From a virus: a stretch of 64,000 nt of DNA. The translations under genes and the position numbers were made by a program. The stretch lies in the IMG/VR virus record IMGVR_UViG_3300044452_000161, one strand, 5' to 3'. The notes under the pieces are model-generated. The model had not been told where the DNA came from, searched no databases, and was given only the letters and a program-made list of their open reading frames with translations. Positions 9,900 to 17,930 of this stretch are shown here, piece by piece (within the stretch, counting starts at the first letter, position 1; the number at the start of each line of letters is the position of its first letter).

Positions 9900-10133
9900 C
9901 TATGAAGATAGTTCTTGCGCTTTGAATTCTGCGGTGATGGGCTGCATGTCTAGCCCAAGGTATCTCACCTTGATCATTGGCTTATGTCCCGCAGCCCGGT
10001 TGCAGTTCGGATCAGTGTAAACAACGTGCATCGGCACATCGGGACGCGATTTCAAATACACCACATCCCCCACTTCGGCTTTTTTGGCGATGTGGCGCTT
10101 TTCGTAGCATTCCACTTTGAACATGTGCGGCAT
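9900..10133 (-). CDS. hypothetical protein
   Basis: 77 aa. Confidence 0.65.
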   Translation of the reverse strand: MPHMFKVECYEKRHIAKKAEVGDVVYLKSRPDVPMHVVYTDPNCNRAAGHKPMIKVRYLGLDMQPITAEFKAQELSS

Positions 10134-10145
10134 GTCATTGGTCCT

Positions 10146-10355
10146 TTATGCAGACAGGTGTTCGATTACGCGATGCGGACCCCAAGCACAGTTGGGATGT
10201 GGATCGCCGCTCTGCTTCATTACCCGCACAACGCGCTTCCCTTTTTTCTCGGCCAGCATCATGTCGCCGTTGATGTTGTAGTAGATGCAGGTTGTGTCGA
10301 ACTGTTCGCCTGTTTTCACATCCTCAACTCGATAGTCTTTGAAACGCTCAATCAT
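10146..10355 (-). CDS. hypothetical protein
   Basis: start moved to MIERF ATG at 10355. Confidence 0.6.
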   Translation of the reverse strand: MIERFKDYRVEDVKTGEQFDTTCIYYNINGDMMLAEKKGKRVVRVMKQSGDPHPNCAWGPHRVIEHLSA

Positions 10356-10368
10356 TCTTTTTGGGGTA

Positions 10369-10521
10369 TCACTCTGTCGTCTCATAGAATCCGGGCTCGA
10401 CAAACCCCTGCGTGGCTTCATCGTAGGTAAAGCCTGCTGCTTCTAAGGCCGCGATAACCTTATTGATTGTATCCTCGTCGGCCTCAAATCGAGCTTCGTT
10501 GATGTAGATGATGTGTTTCAT
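10369..10521 (-). CDS. 50 aa hypothetical protein (not in ORF track)
   Basis: MKHIIYINEARFEADEDTINKVIAALEAAGFTYDEATQGFVEPGFYETTE; GGAG RBS; first gene of leftward run. Confidence 0.7.
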   Translation of the reverse strand: MKHIIYINEARFEADEDTINKVIAALEAAGFTYDEATQGFVEPGFYETTE

Positions 10522-11232
10522 AGGGCGGCTCCTGTAACGGTATGACATTTAAAATGACATGATTCGACTTGGGGGGCAACAAAAAATAACAATTCAACAA
10601 GTAACGAGATGCACTAGTCTGACATTGAATCAGTGGCGGAGGGAAAAAATTCCAAAAATGCCTCTCTGGAAGAAAAATTTACCGAATCACTTGATCGCCT
10701 GACGCAAAGATTCGCGCCGATTCCCCGGTTAGTGCCCGATGTGCCTTTTTGTACAACACGTGCTTTTCGATGTGCCAATTTGTCATTTGAAAAGGGGGCT
10801 ACACACCACCGCTCGTAAGTTATTGATTTTAAACGCGATAAAAAGTCACATGAACGAAAATATGTGACAAAAGTACGAATTTAGCACATTTAAGAGTGGC
10901 GTATGATCTCCCGGAAGCCGGGAATCGGTGATTCTCCAGGCTATGCAGGGAGCGAGTGGTTGACCCTTAGTGATTCGTTTGGGTTGAAAAGTTCTTCAAA
11001 ATGGGGAATATTTCCCGCTGACGCGGGCAGGGACCCTCTGAAATTGATGATGGGGCGGGAACCTGTTAAAACGATGTCAGGGACCCTAACGAATTGAAGA
11101 CTGGGTACCCCTCGTTTTAGGCAACAAGCCGCAGACGAAGCGGCATACGTGCCGTGTTTGTTGACAAGCCAATTCAGGGCCTATCAATAGTCGGTTCGAC
11201 CGCGCCTGAGAGGTGCGGAATGGAGGAATGCT

Positions 11233-11589
11233 TTGGCAAACGTCAAAGATGAATGGTGGCACACGTCAGAAGACGGACGCCGGATAGGCTGGATATGGCC
11301 TGAAGACTTTGAGGCGATCCTTGAGGCCCGATACGGGCATAGAAAGTGGATCAAAGGCTTCTGTGAGGACTTTGGGTATTCAAGGTCGACCGTTGATCGA
11401 TGGAAGCTAGGCCAGGAGCCAATCCCCAAACATGTTGCCCAAATCCTGGAAATGATAAGTGCGATGACCTCACGTAAGATTCCACTTGAAAAGATACAGG
11501 CAGACTGGCTCCCGCTCTCGCCGAATACTTCCAAAGGACGGAAGCCTACTTCAGAAGATCGTATCCGTGATATGGTCAACAAGCTCTGA
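11233..11589 (+). CDS. HTH-containing putative transcription regulator
   Basis: FCEDFGYSRSTVDRWKLG resembles a Cro/XRE helix-turn-helix; GGAGG RBS, TTG start. Confidence 0.6.
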   Translation: MANVKDEWWHTSEDGRRIGWIWPEDFEAILEARYGHRKWIKGFCEDFGYSRSTVDRWKLGQEPIPKHVAQILEMISAMTSRKIPLEKIQADWLPLSPNTSKGRKPTSEDRIRDMVNKL

Positions 11590-11747
11590 CAGTGTGGGAG
11601 CGGTGATCGAATGTATCATGACGTGATACACCCGCTGACGCGGGCCATTGCCAATTCACCATGTTACAAAGATACCAGGGTTGTCATACGACAACTTAGC
11701 AATGTTCTGTGTGCAGACGTGGTGTCTCAGCCTGATTGACGGTCGAG

Positions 11748-11841
11748 TTTTGACGAGTCGCTGTTTTTACGTTTTCTCGTTTTGACGATCTCACGATTTT
11801 TGACGATGGATCAGTTTTGACGAGTCGTCATTTTTTGACAC
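11748..11841 (+). repeat. TTTTGACGA short direct repeats
   Basis: copies at 11748, 11780, 11798, 11815 and variant TTTTGACAC at 11833. Confidence 0.8.
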
Positions 11842-12208
11842 GAGCAGGCTTTGATTTTCGGAAATCAAACAAAAAATAGAGTTTTTGTTGGGCAGGTTCC
11901 GCTGTGTCCGCGAGGGTCGGTCCAAGGGTCTGATGGAGACTTGCCGTTCACCTAGCCGCCCGCGTATTCCGTTTGGCTATACTGTAGACTAGTGTGATTC
12001 TATGTGACAATGCAAGCAAAAATGACAACGCATTTTCACACGATCCGAAACGATTCACGTTTTCGCCTTACCTCACAATCCGCCGAAAGGCGTTTATATC
12101 TTTCGGCGCGTTCCTCTTTTGTGGCGTAGATGGAATCGCCTGAATAGTCTTTCAGGATCAAGTCTAAGTCTGTTTCAGATATGGGCGGGTGTAGATCAAC
12201 AACGTTTG

Positions 12209-12379
12209 TCATTGATCCACCTCACAAGACAAAACACCGTTGATTTGATCCGCAAAGGCTTGCCAATCTAGGACGCGCGCGGCGCAATCTTGCGGCGTCA
12301 AATCGTGGTCCAGAACCGCGACCGCGTTGCCGTGTGGTATTGCAGCGGTGAGGAAAAGGGCAAGGGTTTGGGCTAACAT
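12209..12379 (-). CDS. small secreted or membrane hypothetical protein
   Basis: start moved to MLAQT ATG 12379 with GGAG RBS; hydrophobic N-terminus. Confidence 0.65.
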   Translation of the reverse strand: MLAQTLALFLTAAIPHGNAVAVLDHDLTPQDCAARVLDWQAFADQINGVLSCEVDQ

Positions 12380-12485
12380 GTGGTGACTCCTTTCAAGGGA
12401 AAAAGGCGCGCTGACGCGCGCCCTATCGGTTAGAAATGCCCCAGCACGACAAGCATGCATGCGGCGAAAAAGAGAATAATCACAT

Positions 12486-13235
12486 TCAAGCGGCAACCCT
12501 TTCGGCAAAGGCTTTAACTTTGGCCTTGCTACCATGTGCGGGGATAAAGACGCTTGCCTTGTTTGGGCTAGACGTTCCACCGCACGCGAGACATTGCGCG
12601 CAGTTTACTTTTTTTCCGGCCTCTTCACTAGCAGGGCAAAGGAATTCGCCGCGCGCGTGTTTTTCCGCGAACGTTCCGACTCGGAATGTGCGGTAACCCA
12701 TTGCTTGCGCCGCTAGCGCCTCACAAGCGGAGTCGGCGCTTGCCATGCAATACTTTGCAAAGCCAGGGTCACAATTCAACCATTGGTGAGTGTAACCCGT
12801 GCCCTTGTCAGCGTGAACCAAAGCACATTCCCAAACCCAAAGCGGGACGGCGGCAGGGTCACCATATGCGCCCAAACGGACATTACGTTGCGCGAGGTGA
12901 AGCTTTCCTAAATCCGCAGCAAGTGGATACTTACCCGCGCGGTAGGTTTTCCAGACGCTAAGCGGCGCTTGAAACACTGTCACATAGCAAGAACGCGAAA
13001 CGTTCTTACCGTCTACAATTTCACCACGATGCGGACACTTGCCACAGATCGATTCATCATCGCCAGTGTGAATGGCTTCATGAGGTGCAATGTCTTGACG
13101 CAAAATCCACGTTTGAATCAGATTGCCGGTTTTTGCGTTTTGGGAAGAACGACCTTTGATACCGGTTGCAATGACCACGATAGGCTTACCGTCTATCTCG
13201 CTAGGGCCTTCCCACAAAATTACTCCGTTTGCCAT
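12486..13235 (-). CDS. Cys-rich putative metal/Fe-S-binding phage protein
   Basis: CGKCPHR..CYV, VRLGAYGDP, YTHQW, CPAS...NCAQCLACGG motifs; 249 aa. Confidence 0.8.
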   Translation of the reverse strand: MANGVILWEGPSEIDGKPIVVIATGIKGRSSQNAKTGNLIQTWILRQDIAPHEAIHTGDDESICGKCPHRGEIVDGKNVSRSCYVTVFQAPLSVWKTYRAGKYPLAADLGKLHLAQRNVRLGAYGDPAAVPLWVWECALVHADKGTGYTHQWLNCDPGFAKYCMASADSACEALAAQAMGYRTFRVGTFAEKHARGEFLCPASEEAGKKVNCAQCLACGGTSSPNKASVFIPAHGSKAKVKAFAERVAA

Positions 13236-13238
13236 GTG

Positions 13239-13481
13239 TTAACCCTCCACACTTGTGGTTGAGAGTTTTTCAATGACCCAATCTACTTCGATTCCGTATT
13301 CGTTTATCAGATTGACGAGGTCTTCTTCGTTTTTTGGTTCGTCACAGTCATAGGCACCCGCGACCCAATCCATATCGTCAAGCAAGGCTTTTTCAGCGCT
13401 TTGTCTGTTTTGGAATATGTGACCGGGTCCAATCGTTCCGATTACGTAGTCAGACCTTACTATTACAATGTATCCAGCCAT
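13239..13481 (-). CDS. hypothetical protein
   Basis: 80 aa, GAGG RBS, own promoter upstream. Confidence 0.75.
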   Translation of the reverse strand: MAGYIVIVRSDYVIGTIGPGHIFQNRQSAEKALLDDMDWVAGAYDCDEPKNEEDLVNLINEYGIEVDWVIEKLSTTSVEG

Positions 13482-13501
13482 GTCAGTTTTCCTCTATATA
13501 G

Positions 13502-13612
13502 CGTTTCGGTATTGTCAGAATAAGTGACACATGGGTGAGTCGCAAGAACAAAATGTCACATTTTGTGATTGACGAATGTTAGCGAATCGGACAAATTCAA
13601 CTTACCGAAACG
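13502..13612. promoter_or_regulatory. divergent sigma70-type promoter pair with TGTCA-N7-TGACA box (13513-13529), GANTC sites and ACCGAAACG leader motifs
   Basis: minus strand TTGCGA-17-TATTCT; plus strand TTGACG(13569)-17-CAAATT. Confidence 0.65.
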
Positions 13613-13633
13613 CCAAATGAAAGGTTTACTGAC

Positions 13634-13759
13634 ATGGCACCACATTCACATATGCATGAACATTTCCCTCGCGGGCGGCATGGCGGAAAAGACGCTCGCC
13701 GCGCCGCACGACGCCTTAAACACGCTCAGCGCGCCCTTTTCGCGGGTACATACTCATGA
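13634..13759 (+). CDS. 41 aa basic hypothetical protein (not in ORF track)
   Basis: MAPHSHMHEHFPRGRHGGKDARRAARRLKHAQRALFAGTYS; AAAGG RBS; ATGA overlap with next gene. Confidence 0.65.
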   Translation: MAPHSHMHEHFPRGRHGGKDARRAARRLKHAQRALFAGTYS

Positions 13760-14061
13760 GCACATATCCCCGTCCAAAAACGCTTGATCCTAGCCTAGTG
13801 GCGATTTTGTTGGACGCTGTAGGCACGCAATTTTTGACTGTGGAATATGTCAAAAAAGACGGGAACATAGGCCGCACGAATGGCTTGCTACGCGCCACGT
13901 CGCGCCTTGTGGGCAATGCACGGGGGCAGACACAAGGAAACGCAATGAAGGATCGCGGGCAAGTGTGGATTGCCAAAAGTCGCGGGGGAAGCGCGAGCTT
14001 CTTTCTTGATCGTGTGACCTCAATTCAGTGTCGCGGGGCAGGAATAGACGCACGCGCCTAA
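13756..14061 (+). CDS. hypothetical protein (FLTVEYVKKDG motif, SH3/WYL-like fold possible)
   Basis: 101 aa; motif typical of small early phage proteins. Confidence 0.75.
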   Translation: MSTYPRPKTLDPSLVAILLDAVGTQFLTVEYVKKDGNIGRTNGLLRATSRLVGNARGQTQGNAMKDRGQVWIAKSRGGSASFFLDRVTSIQCRGAGIDARA

Positions 14062-14082
14062 CGGCTTCAAAAAGAATGACAT

Positions 14083-14105
14083 GGCCCGCTAACGCGGGCC
14101 TTTTC
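14083..14105 (+). terminator. intrinsic terminator
   Basis: GGCCCGC-TAAC-GCGGGCC followed by TTTT. Confidence 0.75.
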
Positions 14106-14318
14106 ACTTACACGCGCCAGAAAATATGGCCAGATTCCGCACTCCTAGCCCGTCCCCTACTTGCCTTGTCGGCTTTCCTGACCTCACATACACAGTAATG
14201 CGATTCTAGCTGTCTGATCAATCACAATAAGACAGATTTTGTGACAAATTGTACTTGCGGCAGGCAAGCGAATCGGACACAGTGAGGATACCGAAACGCA
14301 AATCATGGGAATTGACCA

Positions 14319-14570
14319 ATGAGTAACGAACAGAAAACACGCCTTGTAAACGTAACCGCTACGATGATTTCTGACCTTGCCGCCACCGTGCGTGTGCCCA
14401 GTGATGTCACGGATGATCAAGTGTTAGAATGGTATCGGGACAACGGCGCGTCCGGAGAATTCATTGAGGACGGATGGGGCGCTTGGGAATGGGGAAGTGC
14501 AAGCTCTGTAGAGACCAATGAGGTAGAGGATGGTGCGGCCATCCACGATCTCACGGGGGAATTTGCGTGA
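14319..14570 (+). CDS. acidic hypothetical protein
   Basis: 83 aa downstream of GANTC-type promoter. Confidence 0.75.
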   Translation: MSNEQKTRLVNVTATMISDLAATVRVPSDVTDDQVLEWYRDNGASGEFIEDGWGAWEWGSASSVETNEVEDGAAIHDLTGEFA

Positions 14571-15139
14571 TGTTGGAAGAGGTGAAATTCAGTGTAACGT
14601 TCACTGCGTCGTGTGATGTGGAATACGCACCGACAGAACAACGGCAGCGATTCAGTAATTACATCGAAAGGGCTATATCTGAAGGGTGGACTGAATTTGG
14701 TATTGATTTGATAGATGCCACGGTGGGGCGAACTGTACCAGAGTCAGAAATCTACGGCACAAATCTGCAACCTGATCCGTTAGAGCTATTGGATCACAGC
14801 ACCGTAGCGGAGAACGCTATGTGTTTGTGGGAAGCCTATTTGGACGCAGGACCTGTAGAGACGCCAGACACCACCGAAGGATGGCTCAAAAGCCTTCGAT
14901 TGTGGCACGAAAGTGTGGGGTTTGCCGAGGCGCGTACCCATTTGTCGCGGTTTGCTGTGTCTGTAGAGAAAGCATTCGAAGAGGCGACAGCGGCAGGCTA
15001 CGGTGATCCGTTTGATTGGGAATTCTGCCCTTGGTTTTTGTCTGCCTGTATTGATTGGACAGCAAGCACTCCGACGCTGAACCCGGATTATTTGAAGCTA
15101 TCAAAAGCAATTGGAAAGGCGTTTGGCAATGCGGCCTGA
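14567..15139 (+). CDS. hypothetical protein
   Basis: 190 aa, GTGA overlap with previous gene. Confidence 0.75.
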   Translation: MMLEEVKFSVTFTASCDVEYAPTEQRQRFSNYIERAISEGWTEFGIDLIDATVGRTVPESEIYGTNLQPDPLELLDHSTVAENAMCLWEAYLDAGPVETPDTTEGWLKSLRLWHESVGFAEARTHLSRFAVSVEKAFEEATAAGYGDPFDWEFCPWFLSACIDWTASTPTLNPDYLKLSKAIGKAFGNAA

Positions 15140-15368
15140 CTTTGAAATCCTGAACTATTGGACCATGTGGCTTGTATATCCCAAGACAGAAGCAGCAGCA
15201 GAACATGCAAAGATAGTGTTCCCTGACAGGGAGTGGCTTGGGCCAATGGTGGCGTGTGAGGCGTGTCAACTAGAGAGTACCGCACAACGGCTGCGAGCAG
15301 ATGGTTTCATTGTATCTGTTGATGGTGCAACGGGGGCGATACCGGACGTGTTACCTATGTTTGCCTAA
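15129..15368 (+). CDS. hypothetical protein
   Basis: start moved to MRPDF ATG 15129. Confidence 0.65.
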   Translation: MRPDFEILNYWTMWLVYPKTEAAAEHAKIVFPDREWLGPMVACEACQLESTAQRLRADGFIVSVDGATGAIPDVLPMFA

Positions 15369-15445
15369 GAGATGTCATAAATACTTGCCTAATGGGCGCG
15401 AATCTTGTAAGAATAACTTACCGAAACGCTCATTAGGACAAGTCT

Positions 15446-15691
15446 ATGGCATACGCAAATATCAATCTAACAATTGAAACAAAGGCCGCTTCGTTTGATA
15501 TTGAGGTGGTTGCAGAGGGTGAAATCGTGACCGGGGGAAGCAATCGCTACGGTAGCGATGAGCCAGCTTACTGTGAGGTGCAGGATATGAGGGTTTATCG
15601 CAAAGACTTCTCACCTCTTCCGCCAATGCTGCGCGATCACATTCTTGATCGATACGATGATATCCTCACGGATCATATCGTCCACGCTTAA
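15446..15691 (+). CDS. hypothetical protein
   Basis: 81 aa, AGGA RBS, own promoter. Confidence 0.75.
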   Translation: MAYANINLTIETKAASFDIEVVAEGEIVTGGSNRYGSDEPAYCEVQDMRVYRKDFSPLPPMLRDHILDRYDDILTDHIVHA

Positions 15692-16492
15692 CTAAGCAAA
15701 AACAATCTAAGTGTTTAGGGCCTTCCCTGCGTGACAGCAGCGGAAGGCTTTGCTGTGTCTTGTATCAAGTAAAGCGTAGAAGAAATGTGTTGACAAACCT
15801 GGAATCAAAGAGGGACCCAACGGGGGGTATGGGGGTGGGGTGATTCGCGCGCGTAGGTGCTACACGAATTTATGTGGCGTACTTGATGGAATCCGGGGGA
15901 CCCTGGAGAAACTGGCACCCCCCTTTGTTCATGAAATATGCCGTTAAAAAAAAAATTTCGGAGTTATCAAAATGGTGTTGCTGAAATGTCACAATTTATG
16001 ACAAGGCGAGATGATCAGCGGCAATGTTGACGTTTTGACCCGTTGTTCAGTCAGAAATATTGACATTTTAGGGGGGTTGGACTAAGTCAGGTTCACCGAA
16101 ACACCTTTTCCCCCCTCATTTTCACGATTTTTAGGGCCTCGAGGTAACCAATCCGGCGAATTTTGTCCGCTGTAAAAACCTCTAGAAGGCCATTTGACAG
16201 AAATACTGTCATTTTTGCGTTGACGGGTAAGTAAGAATCACTTAAACACATCTTCACGGACGCCAATCGCGGTGTTCGGTGATAGGTACGCCTGGCGGTG
16301 ACAGCAAATCTGGCAGGTGGTGAGTAATAGGATTGTTTCACTAACCATGAGGCAGTCTCGCCAGTTTGGCGAACGTTTTTTGACATAGATGTGTGGTGCA
16401 TCGTTTATATTCTGAAAACACAACTGGAACGAGTTGTGTACACTTGTAGGACGACACGTTTCGACGCCGAGAGCCGATAATCGAGTGAATTT

Positions 16493-16569
16493 GGGGCGTT
16501 GGTCTAGCGGTCGAGGATACTGCACTTTCAATGCGGTGGTCACGGGTTCGAATCCCGTACGCCCTACCA
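16493..16569 (+). tRNA. tRNA-Glu(TTC)
   Basis: cloverleaf, loop CT-TTC-AA, encoded CCA. Confidence 0.92.
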
Positions 16570-16574
16570 TTATT

Positions 16575-16677
16575 CAGATACTTTGCAGGTGCACTCCTCG
16601 ATGTTTTGTTCAGTTTCCATCGAGTTTGAGCGGGCGTTTCGGTCATTCTCCGCTCGAGTGCATCTTTGAAGTGTCTG
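16575..16677 (+). ncRNA. three-way-junction structured RNA candidate
   Basis: long terminal stem enclosing CTCGATG/CATCGAG and GAGCGG/CCGCTC helices; strand assumed from flanking tRNAs. Confidence 0.5.
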
Positions 16678-16684
16678 TTAATTT

Positions 16685-16760
16685 GGTGTCATAGCTCAGT
16701 TGGTAGAGCACCCGGCTCATATCTGGGAGCGCGGTGGTTCGAACCCACCTGACACCACCA
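16685..16760 (+). tRNA. tRNA-Met(CAT), elongator-like
   Basis: cloverleaf, loop CT-CAT-AT, CCA. Confidence 0.88.
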
Positions 16761-16862
16761 AACACAAGTTCCTGGTACAGAGGTCCTCAAAACTCGGTTT
16801 TCGAAGACCGACAACCCTCTGTTAAAACGCTCGGGTCGAAGGCGGGTAGTGCCCATAACGAA

Positions 16863-17135
16863 TACGACGTAGCTCAATCGAAAGCCAAACGTCAGTATGA
16901 AAGGCCTAGAAAACGGCGAGATAAGGCTCCCAGTAGGCGTGATCGTAACAAATGCAAGGTGTAAGAAACGTTGAGCGGGTTAAACGCCCGACAGACGATC
17001 CCGAACGAACAGGGAGATAAGGCGCTCGGAGTACGAAAGTTCGAGTACTACTGATTGTAGCGAGTCGCGGGTAGAGCACCAGCATTCACATTGCATCAGG
17101 GCTGGAGATGCGGGGTTCGAGGCCCGCCGTCGTTG
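16863..17135 (+). ncRNA. tRNA-like RNA with about 190-nt D-loop insertion and 17-nt anticodon loop
   Basis: ACGACG/CGTCGT acceptor, GCTC/GAGC D stem, CCAGC/GCTGG stem, TTCGA T loop. Confidence 0.6.
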
Positions 17136-17193
17136 CCGATTAGGTTTGCAGTCTGCGCAGACGATTATAGCCGGGTTAACACGGCGAAAGATA

Positions 17194-17260
17194 TGACGTT
17201 CTGGCTTCGTCGGCAGAGGAAGCTGGAGTGGAATCTAAGGTTCGAGTCCTTAGGGCGTCA
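17194..17260 (+). ncRNA. tRNA-like element lacking one arm
   Basis: TGACGTT/GGCGTCA acceptor, CTAAGG-TTCGAGT-CCTTAG T arm, single internal hairpin. Confidence 0.5.
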
Positions 17261-17273
17261 GGCAAACCTATAT

Positions 17274-17349
17274 CAGGGTGTAGCTCAGTTGGTAGAGTGC
17301 CGCACTTGGAATGCGGAGGTCGTCGGATCGTGACCGACCACCCTGACCA
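17274..17349 (+). tRNA. tRNA-Pro(TGG)
   Basis: cloverleaf, loop CT-TGG-AA, CCA. Confidence 0.92.
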
Positions 17350-17706
17350 AACTCAAACGATGTCGTCCGAAACCGTTCCTAGAACCGTTCGGAGGGCTAT
17401 CGACTGCGCGGTGGCATCCCTGCAGGTAGTACCTGTGAACGTCGCAGTATAAAATGGGTCGCCACACTAACAGAAAACTCGCTTACTCCGGAGTATTACC
17501 TCCCGAGGCGCATAGGTAAGACGCAGTATAGCGGGGGTTTGGTTGGAGTTTGTAGCTGGGGAGCAGACTAGCCTCAGCATCCAAGTTTCGGAGAGACTGC
17601 GCCGAGAGGGGCCGCGCCATAGTTTACTCCAAGTAGTTCACATTCAGCGCCGAAGTATGTCCCCCTGTGTGATTGAAAAGGCTTCTGATCAAACCATTCA
17701 CCCTTT

Positions 17707-17782
17707 TGCGGGATGGAGAAGTAGTCATCTCGCTTGGTTCATGTCCAAGAGATCGTCGGTGCAAATCCGGCTCCCGCAACCA
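17707..17782 (+). tRNA. tRNA-Met(CAT), initiator-like body
   Basis: body resembles bacterial fMet tRNA but T1-A72 is paired and the anticodon stem lacks three G-C pairs. Confidence 0.8.
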
Positions 17783-17930
17783 TTCTGAAATAGCCTGCCC
17801 TCTCCTTCACACCCTCCCGGCAGGTGAACCTCCGGTGCCCAAACCGCAGTCCTCGCGGGCGTCCGAAAGGGCAGACGTTGGTGTCACGTTTTACCTGGCA
17901 CCAAGAGTAGGCTCGGAGGAAAAAATCTAT

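Noticed and set aside
16878-17070. Group I intron in the tRNA-like RNA
   Set aside because: AAGGTGTAAGAAAC loosely resembles a Q/R element, but there is no P7 GACTA/TAGTC pair or consistent P4, and the site is the D loop; kept only as an untested alternative
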